Source of the DNA: Eledone cirrhosa
Taxonomy: Eukaryota
DNA: 64,000 bases
Direction of reading: 5' to 3'
Assembly: GCA_964016885.1 (NCBI GenBank)
Contig: OZ024753.1
Span: 42,842,001-42,906,000, forward strand
Shown: piece after piece, positions 1-11,608 of the stretch
Position numbering within the stretch: position 1 is the stretch's first letter
Layout of the letters: each line of letters starts with the position of its first letter
Made by a program: the position numbers and the translations under genes
Notes under the pieces: model-generated
Database searches by the model: none
The model's input: the letters and a program-made list of their open reading frames with translations, nothing else
What the model was told of the DNA's origin: nothing

Positions 1-329
1 ATAAAATAAAAGAACTGAGGCCCCAATCACTAAAACAACCTAAAAACCAGCTATTAGAAGGAATGAGGACAGATGCACCTACGTAGGTGTGAGTGATAAA
101 TTCCATTTCATTTCGTTCGGTTCTATAAAGCAGTAAGAAGATTTGCATCTATCAACTTAGTGTGAATATATGTGAAAGTTAAACACGAGTTGGTCAATAT
201 CAAAGATCCCTTCCTATGAAAGTCATATTGGACAGCAATGAATAAATCTAACAAAACGTGACTATTGCCACCAACTGATGGTATTCTGCGGTAAACCATT
301 AGGAAATGAATTATTTATTTAATGTGTTA

Positions 330-551
330 ATTAGCTGTACACAGAACAAACTATATATAACTGTATATATATAATATATATATATAATATATATATATGT
401 ATAGATAAATATATATATGTGTGTGTATATATATGTATGTATATATAGATATATGTGTGTGTGTGTGTGTATATCAATAGACATATATATGCGTATATAT
501 ATATATAAATATATATATGCACACAGACATATGTATATGTATATATATATG

Positions 552-616
<65 letters not shown>

Positions 617-765
617 GTATATATATGTATATATATATATGTATATATATGTGTATATATATATGTATATATATATGTATATATATATATATGTATATAT
701 ATATGTATATATATATGTATATATGTATATGTATATGTATATATATATATATGTATATATATATG

Positions 766-807
<42 letters not shown>

Positions 808-831
808 CAAACACATGCAGACATAAATCTA

Positions 832-866
<35 letters not shown>

Positions 867-918
867 TTGCAAGCAGGGAAAAGCAGACGTAAAATGATGA
901 TGATGATGATGATGATGA

Positions 919-982
<64 letters not shown>

Positions 983-1079
983 CATATATATATATTATAC
1001 ATATATATATATTATACATATATATATATATTATACATATATATATATATTATACATATATATATATTATACATATATA

Positions 1080-1161
<82 letters not shown>

Positions 1162-1705
1162 TATACATATATATATATATATTATACATATATATATATT
1201 ATACATATATATATATATTATACATATATATATATATATATTATATATATATATATTATACATATATATATTATACACACATATATATATATATTATACA
1301 CATATATATATATATATTATACACACATATATATATATATATTATACACACATATATATATATATATTATACACACATATATATATATATATTATACACA
1401 CATATATATATATATATTATACACACATATATATATATATATTATACATATATATATATATATTATACATATATATATATTATATACATATATATATATT
1501 ATATATATATATATATATTATATATATATATATTATACACATATATATATATATATATTATACATATATATATATATTATACACACATATATATATATTA
1601 TACATATATATATATATATTATACACACATATATATATATATATATTATACATATATATATATTATACATATATATATTATACACACACATATATATATA
1701 TACAA
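330..1705. repeat. Compound (TA)n/(TATG)n microsatellite field; similar fields at about 4140-4900, 20560-20950, 24240-25390, 32660-33460, 57280-59030 and 61160-64000
   Basis: Seen directly; explains the YI/CV/HT-rich ORFs. Confidence 0.97.
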
Positions 1706-2604
1706 TATTTTGTACATTGTCATTTGTTTTGTCTTATTCTCAGGAGTGTGCTTGCCTGCTTTCGACTACCTGAATGTAATACTATTTAAATATTTAATGA
1801 TAGGTAATTTGTTAGGATTCTTACAGTCAAAGTAATTTCATTCATGCCACGTCTACATATTGGTTAAAACAGACGCCGATTTTCTGAGAAACGAATTTGC
1901 AATTAATTCTGGTTTTCAGAATCAACAATTGAAACGTTCCTTTTATTTGACTTTTGTGTTAAGGAATATGTTATGAACATTTCTATGCAAATAATTGCTA
2001 TATTTCAGGTAATAATCCTGTCTCTTCTCTTCACCATTAACCATTATTTAAATATCACCTTTCAGAATGAAACAGCCATAATCAGGTTAAATCTAGCTCT
2101 ATCATTGACATCATTCTCAGAATGGTGTTATTTGTAATGTCTCCACATGGTGACATGGATGTTCTTTGGTAGAAATCATAATAAGCAAAAATTGGTTTAA
2201 GACAATTATATGTGTCTTATCATATTTACAGTGAGATATATTAGAAATATAATAGGAAAAATATCATCTTGTGAAGAATGGAACAAATGCTGTTACAGAA
2301 CTCTGCACTTATTACCATTGCTGCTGAAGTTCTCTTTGTTGATGATGATGATGATGATGTGATGATGATTTATGATTGATCTTCAGCTGCTTTAAACAAT
2401 CAATATGCAGTTGTTTGATATACCAGTTTACTGCTGGTGTTGATCTCCCCTCCCCCATTTCTCTCTCTCTCTTCAGCAAAAAACACTTCAATTCACGTTG
2501 CTATAGGAGGGAGTCTTGTACTCTCAGTTGCTCCATGCCACAGCAACTGGGATCAGCTGTGGCCTGCTGAGCCTCTGAGTTTGAGACAGACTTTATATAT
2601 ATAT

Positions 2605-2799
2605 AATGAAGGAAGTCTGGTAAGGAACCAGGTGGACCATAACACACCAGAGTACTCAATACTTAGGATAGTAGAGTGGGTAATAGGAAAAAGTTCAAGA
2701 CCCCGACGTCAGAGCTCGAGCCGTTTCGACGGCTATTTCTGGGAAATAGCTGTCGAAACGGCTTGAGCTCTGCCGTTGGGGTCTTGAACTTTTTCCTAT
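2605..2799. mobile_element. Fold-back element family copy 1 (head AAYGAAGGAA..TGGTAAGG plus about 57-bp-arm hairpin at 2683-2799)
   Basis: Flanked by (TA)n; homologous copies at 32562, 54812 and 60315. Confidence 0.75.
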
Positions 2800-3073
2800 A
2801 TATATATATATTTTCATTACCACTAAAAGGGTCTGAGAAGCCGTAGATTACAGAGTTGGGCTAGATCGATGCAGATCGCACCTTGAGCTGATCGCTGGTG
2901 AAATGCGTGTCACCAACCAATAAACGTAACGAAGGAGTAACCACTTGTCCTTGTTTTATTTTATTATACTACACTCTGTCTAGCTCTACACCTTGATACA
3001 GTGCTCACCTGGGTGAACCTACAGTAACACCGCGTTACACTCCCTGGATATATATATATGTATATATATATGT

Positions 3074-3410
3074 GGAGGCACATGGCTTAGTGGTTAGAGC
3101 ATTGGCCTTGCAATCGAAAGGTTGTGAGTTTAATTCTCAGACCAGGTGATGTGTTGTTTCCTTGAGCAAGACACTTTATTTCACATTGCTCCAGTTTACT
3201 CAGCTGTAGAAATGAGATGAGAGGGACTGGGGTCCCTATCATTCCACTGTAAAGTGGTCGTGGAGGCGCCACGGCAAAAAAGCACCCAGCACTCACTGTA
3301 AATGAGGTTGGTGTTAGGAAGGGCATCCAGCTGTAGAAATCAAGCCAGAATCAGTTCCCGTCCCACCCTTGCAAGCAGGGAAAGGTGGACGTAAAATGAA
3401 ATGATGATGA
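3074..3410 (+). mobile_element. tRNA-headed SINE (family 1) with RTE-LINE-type 3' tail and (GAT)n
   Basis: A-box TGGCTTAGTGG and B-box-like GAGTTTAATTC; ends GGACGTAAAATG(ATG)n; several near-identical copies in the window. Confidence 0.85.
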
Positions 3411-3696
3411 TATATATATATATATATATATATCATGATATATATATACATAATGATAACGCTGAAAAGAATTTACATACAGAAGGTATTGCAATGCATA
3501 AAAAAAAAACACCAAATAAAAATCCAACAAAAAGTTTAACTGTGAATCTATCTGGACCTTTCTTGGCATTAAAGAGAGTCTTTGAGGAAGATATAGAATT
3601 ATCTGGTGAAGAACTGAGGCAGTTAATGTTGGATTGTGTGAGATGGAAAGGCTTTATCATGTCATCATGAAGAAGTGGATGAATTTAGTAGTAGTG

Positions 3697-3730
<34 letters not shown>

Positions 3731-4227
3731 ATATCACTGAAAAGGGACCTGAAATGATGATGATGTTGATGATGATGTTACTAACTAAGACTACTAAAAC
3801 CTTTATTCAATATATTACTTCATATGTATACACAGTAGAGTGTATAGAAAGTTGTGCTGGCATATGTAAAGTAAGGGTCTTACTACAGTAAGAAGGGACC
3901 TGACTTACATGTTATATTATAGACATATATATGTTGTGTCTGTGTAAAGTAGGGGGTGTGTGACTTCAATTGGAGAGGACCATTTTTGTATGCTCTCTTG
4001 TATTAAGATAAGTGGTCCTATTAAATTGATATTCCTCCAAGACTCTATTTGGCAGGGTTCCAGCATTTTGACATTTTTCCAATCCCTAAGATTAAAGCCA
4101 GAAGTAAATATGTTTTCATTGTGAACCTATGGATGATATATATATATACACATAATCTGTATATATTTATATTTGTATATATACACACACACAAATATAT
4201 ACATTTATATATATATATATATATACA

Positions 4228-4266
<39 letters not shown>

Positions 4267-4349
4267 ATATATATATATGTATGTATATATATATATATAT
4301 GTATGTATATGTATGTGTATATGTATGTATATATGTATGTATGTATATA

Positions 4350-4385
<36 letters not shown>

Positions 4386-5292
4386 TATATATATGTATGT
4401 ATGCATATATACATATGTATATATATATATGTATGTATGCATATATACATATGTATATATATATATATATGTATGTATATATACATATGTATGTACATAT
4501 ACATATGTATGTACATATACATATGTATGTACATATACATATGTATGTACATATACATATGTATGTACATATACATATGTATGTACATATACATATGTAT
4601 GTACATATACATATGTATGTACATATACATATGTATGTACATATACATATGTATGTACATATACATATGTATGTATATATACATATGTATGTATATATAC
4701 ATATGTATGTATATATACATACGTATGTATACCTACATACGTATGTATACCTACATACGTATGTATACATACATACGTATGTATACATACATACTTATGC
4801 ATACATACATATATATATGCAATCATATGAATATATATATATATTTATATATGTATATTATATGTATATATATATATATTTTATTTGTATATATATATAT
4901 ATATAAAATGATTAATGTCTAGTTTAACAATGATGCATTTGTATCTTTTTTTTTCCAAGTTCATCAATTTAATCTCTCGTTCTGTTATTCTGATTATATT
5001 GAGTTTAATTTGTTTCTCTATGAAACATAGTTCTTTAATCTATTCTATCATAGCAATAAAGACTTCAGATCATTTGATCATGGACTGCATTGTTACAACC
5101 AGTGAGCATTGTTCAACCATGCCAAGCAGTGAGACATGTGTTGATCTTGTTTCAACTAGTGCACAATTGCTTTTGAACATAATTCAACTATGTTACTAAA
5201 CATTCTGATGAATATTTTTCAAACTAAAGAGCAAAAAAACAATGTTTTATGAACTTTATAACCTTCCTAGAGCTGGGGCTATGATAGAATAC

Positions 5293-6140
5293 ATCCAGTA
5301 GACTGTCTAAAGTGCTGGCTTGTTTGTAATGGAGACTGATTTTTAATACACCCAGTAGACTCTCTAAAGTGCTGGCTTGTTTGTAATGGAGACTGGTTTT
5401 TAATACACCCAGTAGACTCTCTAAAGTACTGCCTTGTATGTAATGGAGAGTGGTTTTTAATACACCCAGTAAACTCTCTAAAGTACTGCCTTGTATGTAA
5501 TGGAGAGTGGTTTTTAATACACCCAGTAAACTCTCTAAAGTACCGCCTTGTATGTAATGGAGAGTGGTTTTTAATACACCCAGTAAACTCTCTAAAGTAC
5601 TGCCTTGTATGTAATGTAGAGTGGTTTTTAATACACCCAGTAAACTCTCTAAAGTACTGCCTTGTATGTAATGGAGAGTGGTTTTTAATACACCCAGTAA
5701 ACTCTCTAAAGTACTGCCTTGTATGTAATGGAGAGTGGTTTTTAATACACCCAGTAAACTCTCTAAAGTACTGCCTTGTATGTAATGGAGACTGGTTTTT
5801 AATACACCCAGTAAACTCTCTAAAGTACTGCCTTGTATGTAATGGAGACTGGTTTTTAATACACCCAGTAGACTCTCTAAAGTACTGCCTTGTATGAAAT
5901 GGAGAGTGGTTTTTAATACACCCAGTAAACTCTCTAAAGTACTGCCTTGTATGTAATGGAGAGTGGTTTTTAATACACCCAGTAGACTCTCTAAAGTACT
6001 GCCTTGTATGTAATGGAGAGTGGTTTTTAATACACCCAGTAAACTCTCTAAAGTACTGCCTTGTATGTAATGGAGACTGGTTTTTAATACACCCAGTAGA
6101 CTCTCTAAAGTACTGCCTTGTATGTAAGAGTGACTGGTTT
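5293..6140. repeat. 57-bp minisatellite, about 15 copies
   Basis: Unit taatacacccagtaaactctctaaagtactgccttgtatgtaatggagagtggtttt. Confidence 0.95.
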
Positions 6141-6996
6141 TTCAGCACAGCATCATCTCTGGTCTTGGTGTGTTCATAGCATGATAAAACACATCCAATA
6201 CACACTGTAAATTGATTGGTTGGTGATAAGAAAGGCTTCCAGCCGTAGAAAACTTACCTAACAATGAGACAAAAGGATATTTTGGTTGTATCAAAGACAT
6301 GACAACATCTCTAGTTTTGGTGCCACAACCAAATGCACCCAGCACATTCTGTAAAGTGCTGGGCTGTATATAGGCAAGATGTGAGGCCCCAGCTCATTTT
6401 GAGAGGTCAAGTAATTCGAATTAAGATCTTATATGGTCTGTGATGACCTGTCTAACCCATGACAACATGGAAAAGCAGATTTTCAATGATAAAGAGGATG
6501 ATAACCACATCACTCACCAATTCTAGCAGAGCTGGCACATAACTTCTCAACCATCTAAATAATTTATATTTCTTAAATTTATTAGATTAATCTCAATTTC
6601 TTTTGCTCATTGGTTTTATGTCATATGGAAATGTTATTAGATAAAATAACTAGACAAATGACTTGGCATAAATAAGAGAGATGACTGCTGTATACACGTG
6701 CAATGTGTGATTAATTATTCCATATTTCCTAATAAACATCACGATAGATTATGAAAGAGAGCTAATAAATTATTTCAAATTACCTCCATTTAATAATTCA
6801 TTCTCATCTCAGACCAATATATTTAAAATAGTTTATGTCAAATTTTTCAAAATTTAGATTTAATCATTTTATATATTGTTTTACTAAATGCAATCAACCC
6901 AAATAAAACTGATTTTAATTGACATTATGTCAAATGTTAATATCTAATTTGCAATTATGGAAATGAAATTCTATAATTCTAAATCTTGTGTTGCAG

Positions 6997-7287
6997 TAAC
7001 GAAGCCTCGAATCGTGGATTTTAAGAACAAACGCGTGAATCCCGGAGAATATACTGTATTTAACTGCACCATTTCAGCCTTTCCTACTCCTCGGAGAAAT
7101 GACATTACTCTCAAGAGCTCTGCTAAGAAACAAATTATATTAAGTGAATCAGTAGAATTAAAAACATTCAAAAATAGTCGGGCCAATATTTTTAGAGTTA
7201 ATTCTGTGGCCAAATCAGAGAAATATACATGTTACATGGATGGAGAGTCTGGTAAAACATCATTAACAATTCCTGTAGACCTATATG
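6997..7287 (+). CDS. Receptor exon A: Ig-like domain (TKPRIVDFKNKRVNPGEYTVFNCTISAFPTP...EKYTCYMDGESGKTSLTIPVDLY)
   Basis: ttgcag| acceptor, |gtaagt donor; 291 nt, phase 1-1; Ig cysteines in FNC and YTC. Confidence 0.9.
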
Positions 7288-7421
7288 GTAAGTATTCCAT
7301 ACTTATTTATATTTCAATTCTTTCAATCACTATTAATTCTTTCATTACCAACCCTCATGAAACTGCCTCTGGTTTTATGATCCCAAACTATTCATATTTA
7401 TATTAAAGCCTCATAATTATA

Positions 7422-7615
7422 CAGACCTGCCAACCTCTAAAGACCCAAACGGGGAGTACCATGAAAAAAATGCCCCGAAACGGGGAGAAATGAGGCAAAA
7501 TGAGGAGATTTTACATAATGAAAGCTATACCCATTTTCACAAGAGAAGACATGTCTCACCCATCCCAAAGTGGTTGCAAGATCTCCCTGTCCGACGGGGA
7601 GAGTTGACAGGTCTG
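7422..7615. mobile_element. MITE with TIRs CAGACCTGCCAAC...GTTGACAGGTCTG
   Basis: 13-bp imperfect TIR, attata on both flanks; partial inverted copy near 55626-55770. Confidence 0.7.
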
Positions 7616-8216
7616 ATTATATTAATTTTATCTAAGAAAATATTGTTCGGTTATGTTCCAAACACTAGCTTAATAATAAGAAACTTGTTATAATCTGGAG
7701 TCTACTATTGAATATTATTGTGAAATATGTATGTGTGATTGAGATTTTGATGGATAATGTGGTTAAAGTTTACAAAAATATTTACATAAACATGGCTGTA
7801 TTCCGGAGTCATATTATACACAAGGATGTAATTTATTCCGATTTTCTTAGCTTCAGAGACAGTGTGTTATACACAAAGACATATGGTAGGCTTCTAATGA
7901 AATCGTTAGATTACAGGAGAGAGAGAATGAGGAAGGATCAACCTGAGTATTGGACTCATACTTTATTTACCATCATCAAAAGGATGGAAGGTAGAACTGA
8001 TCTGAATGGGATTTGAACTCAGTGTGTAGAGAGCTGAAACGAACCCCATGAACTGTTCTATCTAACATTCTAATCACTCTGTTAATCTACCAGCTTTCTA
8101 GTAACTTTAAACTGCTGCATTGTTTCTTCTACACCAGTGCTATGATCACATGTCATATCTTTCTTTCTAGAGTATACACTTTCAAACTCAATTACCTTTA
8201 ATATATATGTGTAGGC

Positions 8217-8268
<52 letters not shown>

Positions 8269-8271
8269 ATA

Positions 8272-8302
<31 letters not shown>

Positions 8303-8954
8303 ACTATGACACTCAAGTTTTTTATGGAATTACTCCAATAACAGTGAAATACAATGCTGCGTGTTCTGTGATTTTCCTATTTCAAATCATTTACAAAAGG
8401 TTTCTTTTCACGTTCCTTTTATTCACTGTTTCAATTGAACTTATTCAATTCCTTATAATTTCCTATTGTTTTCATAATCATATTTTCTTTTACTTATCTT
8501 TGCCTTCTTTGTTCGATCATTTGTTGTTATACACAATTGCATTTAAAATAAATACACTGAAATTTATATAAATAAAGTGAATTTATCTTAGGCAACAAAT
8601 TGTCAGGAAATGGTAGAGTAGCAGATTAAATGCTAGATATTTGTTAAGTACTGGGGTCAATTCTTCCTCTATATTTCTTTCTCACTTCCTCTCTCTCACT
8701 TTCTATCCTTCTCGAAAGTCGATTAAATTGACCTCAGTTTGTTACTGGTACTTTGTTTTATCATCCTCATAAGTATGAAAGACAAAGTTACCCTTAGTGG
8801 GATTTGAATTCAGAATGGTAAGGGATGTAACTATATGTCACAAAGCATGCCCAACGCTTTACTGACTGCTAATCCGAGGCCTAACTCTTGTTCTTAACAA
8901 TGTGGCTGTTACTTGCCTTTTTTTGTTTTTTTTTAAATGGTTTAAAAACCACTG

Positions 8955-9563
8955 ACAGTGTCTTTCACTAGAAATATGGTAATGAAAGGGTTAATGACAT
9001 AGACAGTGTCTTTCATTAGAAATATGGTAATGAAAGGGTTAAAGACATAGACAGTGTCTTTCATTAGAAATATGGTAATGAAAGGGTTAAAGACATAGAC
9101 AGTGTCTTTCATTAGAAATATGGTAATGAAAGGGTTAAAGACATAGACAGTGTCTTTCATTAGAAATATGGTAATGAAAGGGTTAAAGACATAGACATTG
9201 TCTTTCATTAGAAATATGGTAATGAAAGGGTTAATGACATAGACTATCTTTCATTAGAAACATGGTAATGAAAGGGTTAAAGACATAGACAGTGTCTTTC
9301 ATTAGAAATATGGCAATGAAAGGGTTAAAGACATAGACATTGTCTTTCATTAGAAATATGGTAATGAAAGGGTTAATGACATAGACAGTGTCTTTCATTA
9401 GAAATATGGTAATGAAAGGGTTAAAGACATAGACAGTGTCTTTCATTAGAAATATGGTAATGAAAGGGTTAATGACGTAGACTATCTTTCATTAGAAACA
9501 TGGTAATGAAAGGGTTAAAGACATAGACAGTCTTTCATTAGAAATATGGTAATGAAAGGGTTA
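8955..9563. repeat. 48-bp minisatellite, about 12.5 copies
   Basis: Unit gacagtgtctttcattagaaatatggtaatgaaagggttaaagacata; contains the AAAGGGTTAA end seen in the TTAA MITEs. Confidence 0.95.
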
Positions 9564-10535
9564 GGGTGCCTATATTTATCTAAAACCCTTCCTTGAAAAT
9601 ATCGAGTAAGGACCTTTGTTCTTAATAGTCACACAGTTACTTGTATATAACTGAATCGCTCTTCAAATTTGTGATTTGTTTTCAAAATGATTTAAAAGCC
9701 ATTTGAAAGCCATAGACAATGTCTTTCATTAGACACACGGTAATGGAAGGGTGAAAGAAGGTAAATGGTAAATAATTTGTTACTAATTTGTTCTTTTATT
9801 TTATACTGCGGAAAGATTAATGAAGAAAAATATATAGTAATTTTTTCTGTTTGGTGTTTGCTACTTATAACAGCAAACACAATTATAAATTGGTTTCAAA
9901 GGTCATACTTCCAAAATATATTGATTAGTTAGGGAATAAATTACTCACGGAATACCTCTTTGATCAAGAAAATACCAAATTAATGGAACAAGTTAATATT
10001 TATTTCCAATAATGACTCGAATTGAAATTCTAATCAGAAAATTCAATAATATTGTTGTTTCCATAATATTTGTATTTACCTGAAATAAATATTATTTCTA
10101 GAAGCTTCATTCTATTTCGTTTGTTTGTGGAATAGGAATGGTTCTTCTGATTAAGAATTCTGAGACTTCTTTAAGTGAATCATTGATAGATTGCAGAAAC
10201 TATATTAGTAGATCTTAGTCGAAGAATCAGGTTAGAGAAAATGAGATGCAAGTGAGGAAAAGGCAGGCAATAAAAACGATAATATATATATATATATATA
10301 TATAAATATATATATAATTGAATGAATAAACAAAACAATCACAGTGATCCCAAAACACAAAGTTTTATTAGGATATATATATATGATACCTATCCTACTG
10401 GCTTTGTTAACAAATTTATATATATATATAAACATACATACATACAGGCAACTGGAAAATGTCCTGGCATCGATATGATCAACTAAATCAAGTTCGTGCA
10501 CCAGCATGGCTACAGTTTAGTGACTGAAACCAGTC

Positions 10536-10571
<36 letters not shown>

Positions 10572-10617
10572 GAAGTATAAGTCAATGGGTTATAATTCAC
10601 TTCCTTTATTCATTGTT

Positions 10618-10676
10618 GCTGTTATATATATTTCTGTGATAACCGTTATGCAACAGTTATGACCTCATCAGACAGC
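10618..10676 (-). ncRNA. Minimal type I hammerhead ribozyme-like motif
   Basis: Minus strand: GCUGU-CUGAUGA-[ggucauaacuguu gcau aacgguuaucaca]-GAAA-UAUAUA-UA-ACAGC, then AAUAAA; 5-bp stem I; the basal stem II position is a G-A mismatch. Confidence 0.75.
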
Positions 10677-10809
10677 TAGAATTTGAACAGAAAAACATAA
10701 AGATGGAATAAAGCTTACTTCTATTATTTTGATTCCTTGATATGCTCTGGACTGAATTTTGGTGTTACTTTCTCAGATAGTGTTATGAATATTATGTTAT
10801 ACAACAATA

Positions 10810-10880
<71 letters not shown>

Positions 10881-11174
10881 AAACCTTCATTGTTTTCTTT
10901 CCAAAATGTGTTTGTTGTATAACATATATCCATAATGGTATCTCAGATTTCATGGAATTTAATGGTGCAATTGTGTATTGTAGATGTTTAATATTGTATT
11001 GTTTATATTCATCTATATATGTATGTATATATGTATGTGTCTGTATGGATGTATGTATGTATATATGTATGTATTTATGTATGTGTGTATGTCTATATAT
11101 ATGTGTGTGCATGTGCATGTCTATAACTTTTAATTTTATTTCAAAATAGCTTTATTTATCTATTTATCTATCTA

Positions 11175-11211
<37 letters not shown>

Positions 11212-11571
11212 ATATGTGAGCAGCATATACACAAGTTGTGTATACTTAGTAAAATACATTCACTTCATATATTTGTCATTTACGGATCATTTATTCTGTT
11301 AAAAAGTAGTGGAGATATTTATATATTGTAATTTGCTTCTGGTTACACAAGTAAAAATTGATATTTATTTTAAATCTATGGAAATGTGTGTAAAAAAAGA
11401 CAACATAATGATAAAAATAGCTGAGAGAAGAGTATCTATTAATGGCTTATATAATTGTTAAAATATAATTTATACATTTGAATATTTCATGAACAGAAAA
11501 AAATAATTAGAATAGAACTGATGATGTTGGTAGGGAGTGGTGGTGGTTGTGTCTGATACAATAAAACATAC

Positions 11572-11608
<37 letters not shown>

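Noticed and set aside
1744-1803. Possible 60-nt phase 1-1 upstream exon (ttctcag|GAGTGTGC...ATAG|gtaatt)
   Set aside because: Splice-like ends, but the peptide ([19 protein letters not shown]) matches no expected domain; cannot be supported without RNA-seq
311-1835. Long YI/IY-rich ORFs (and similar ones at 4045-4922, 32451-33465, 57124-59059 and 61148-63816)
   Set aside because: Translations of (TA)n/(TATG)n microsatellites that lack stops in several frames on both strands; not genes
3074-3146. tRNA-like sequences at SINE heads
   Set aside because: Pol III A/B boxes continue into a SINE body and tail; no complete cloverleaf or terminator supported
3087-3326. Recurrent 'MPFLTPTSFTVSAGCFF...' ORF in several places
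   Set aside because: Antisense translation of SINE family 1, not a gene family
3836-3870. Cys-containing stretch ECIESCAGICK as a possible EGF-like exon
   Set aside because: Poor polypyrimidine tract, and its phase-0 donor is incompatible with the phase-1 acceptor of the Ig exon
5279-6205. 308-aa repetitive ORF
   Set aside because: Product of a 57-bp minisatellite whose period is a multiple of 3; antisense and intronic
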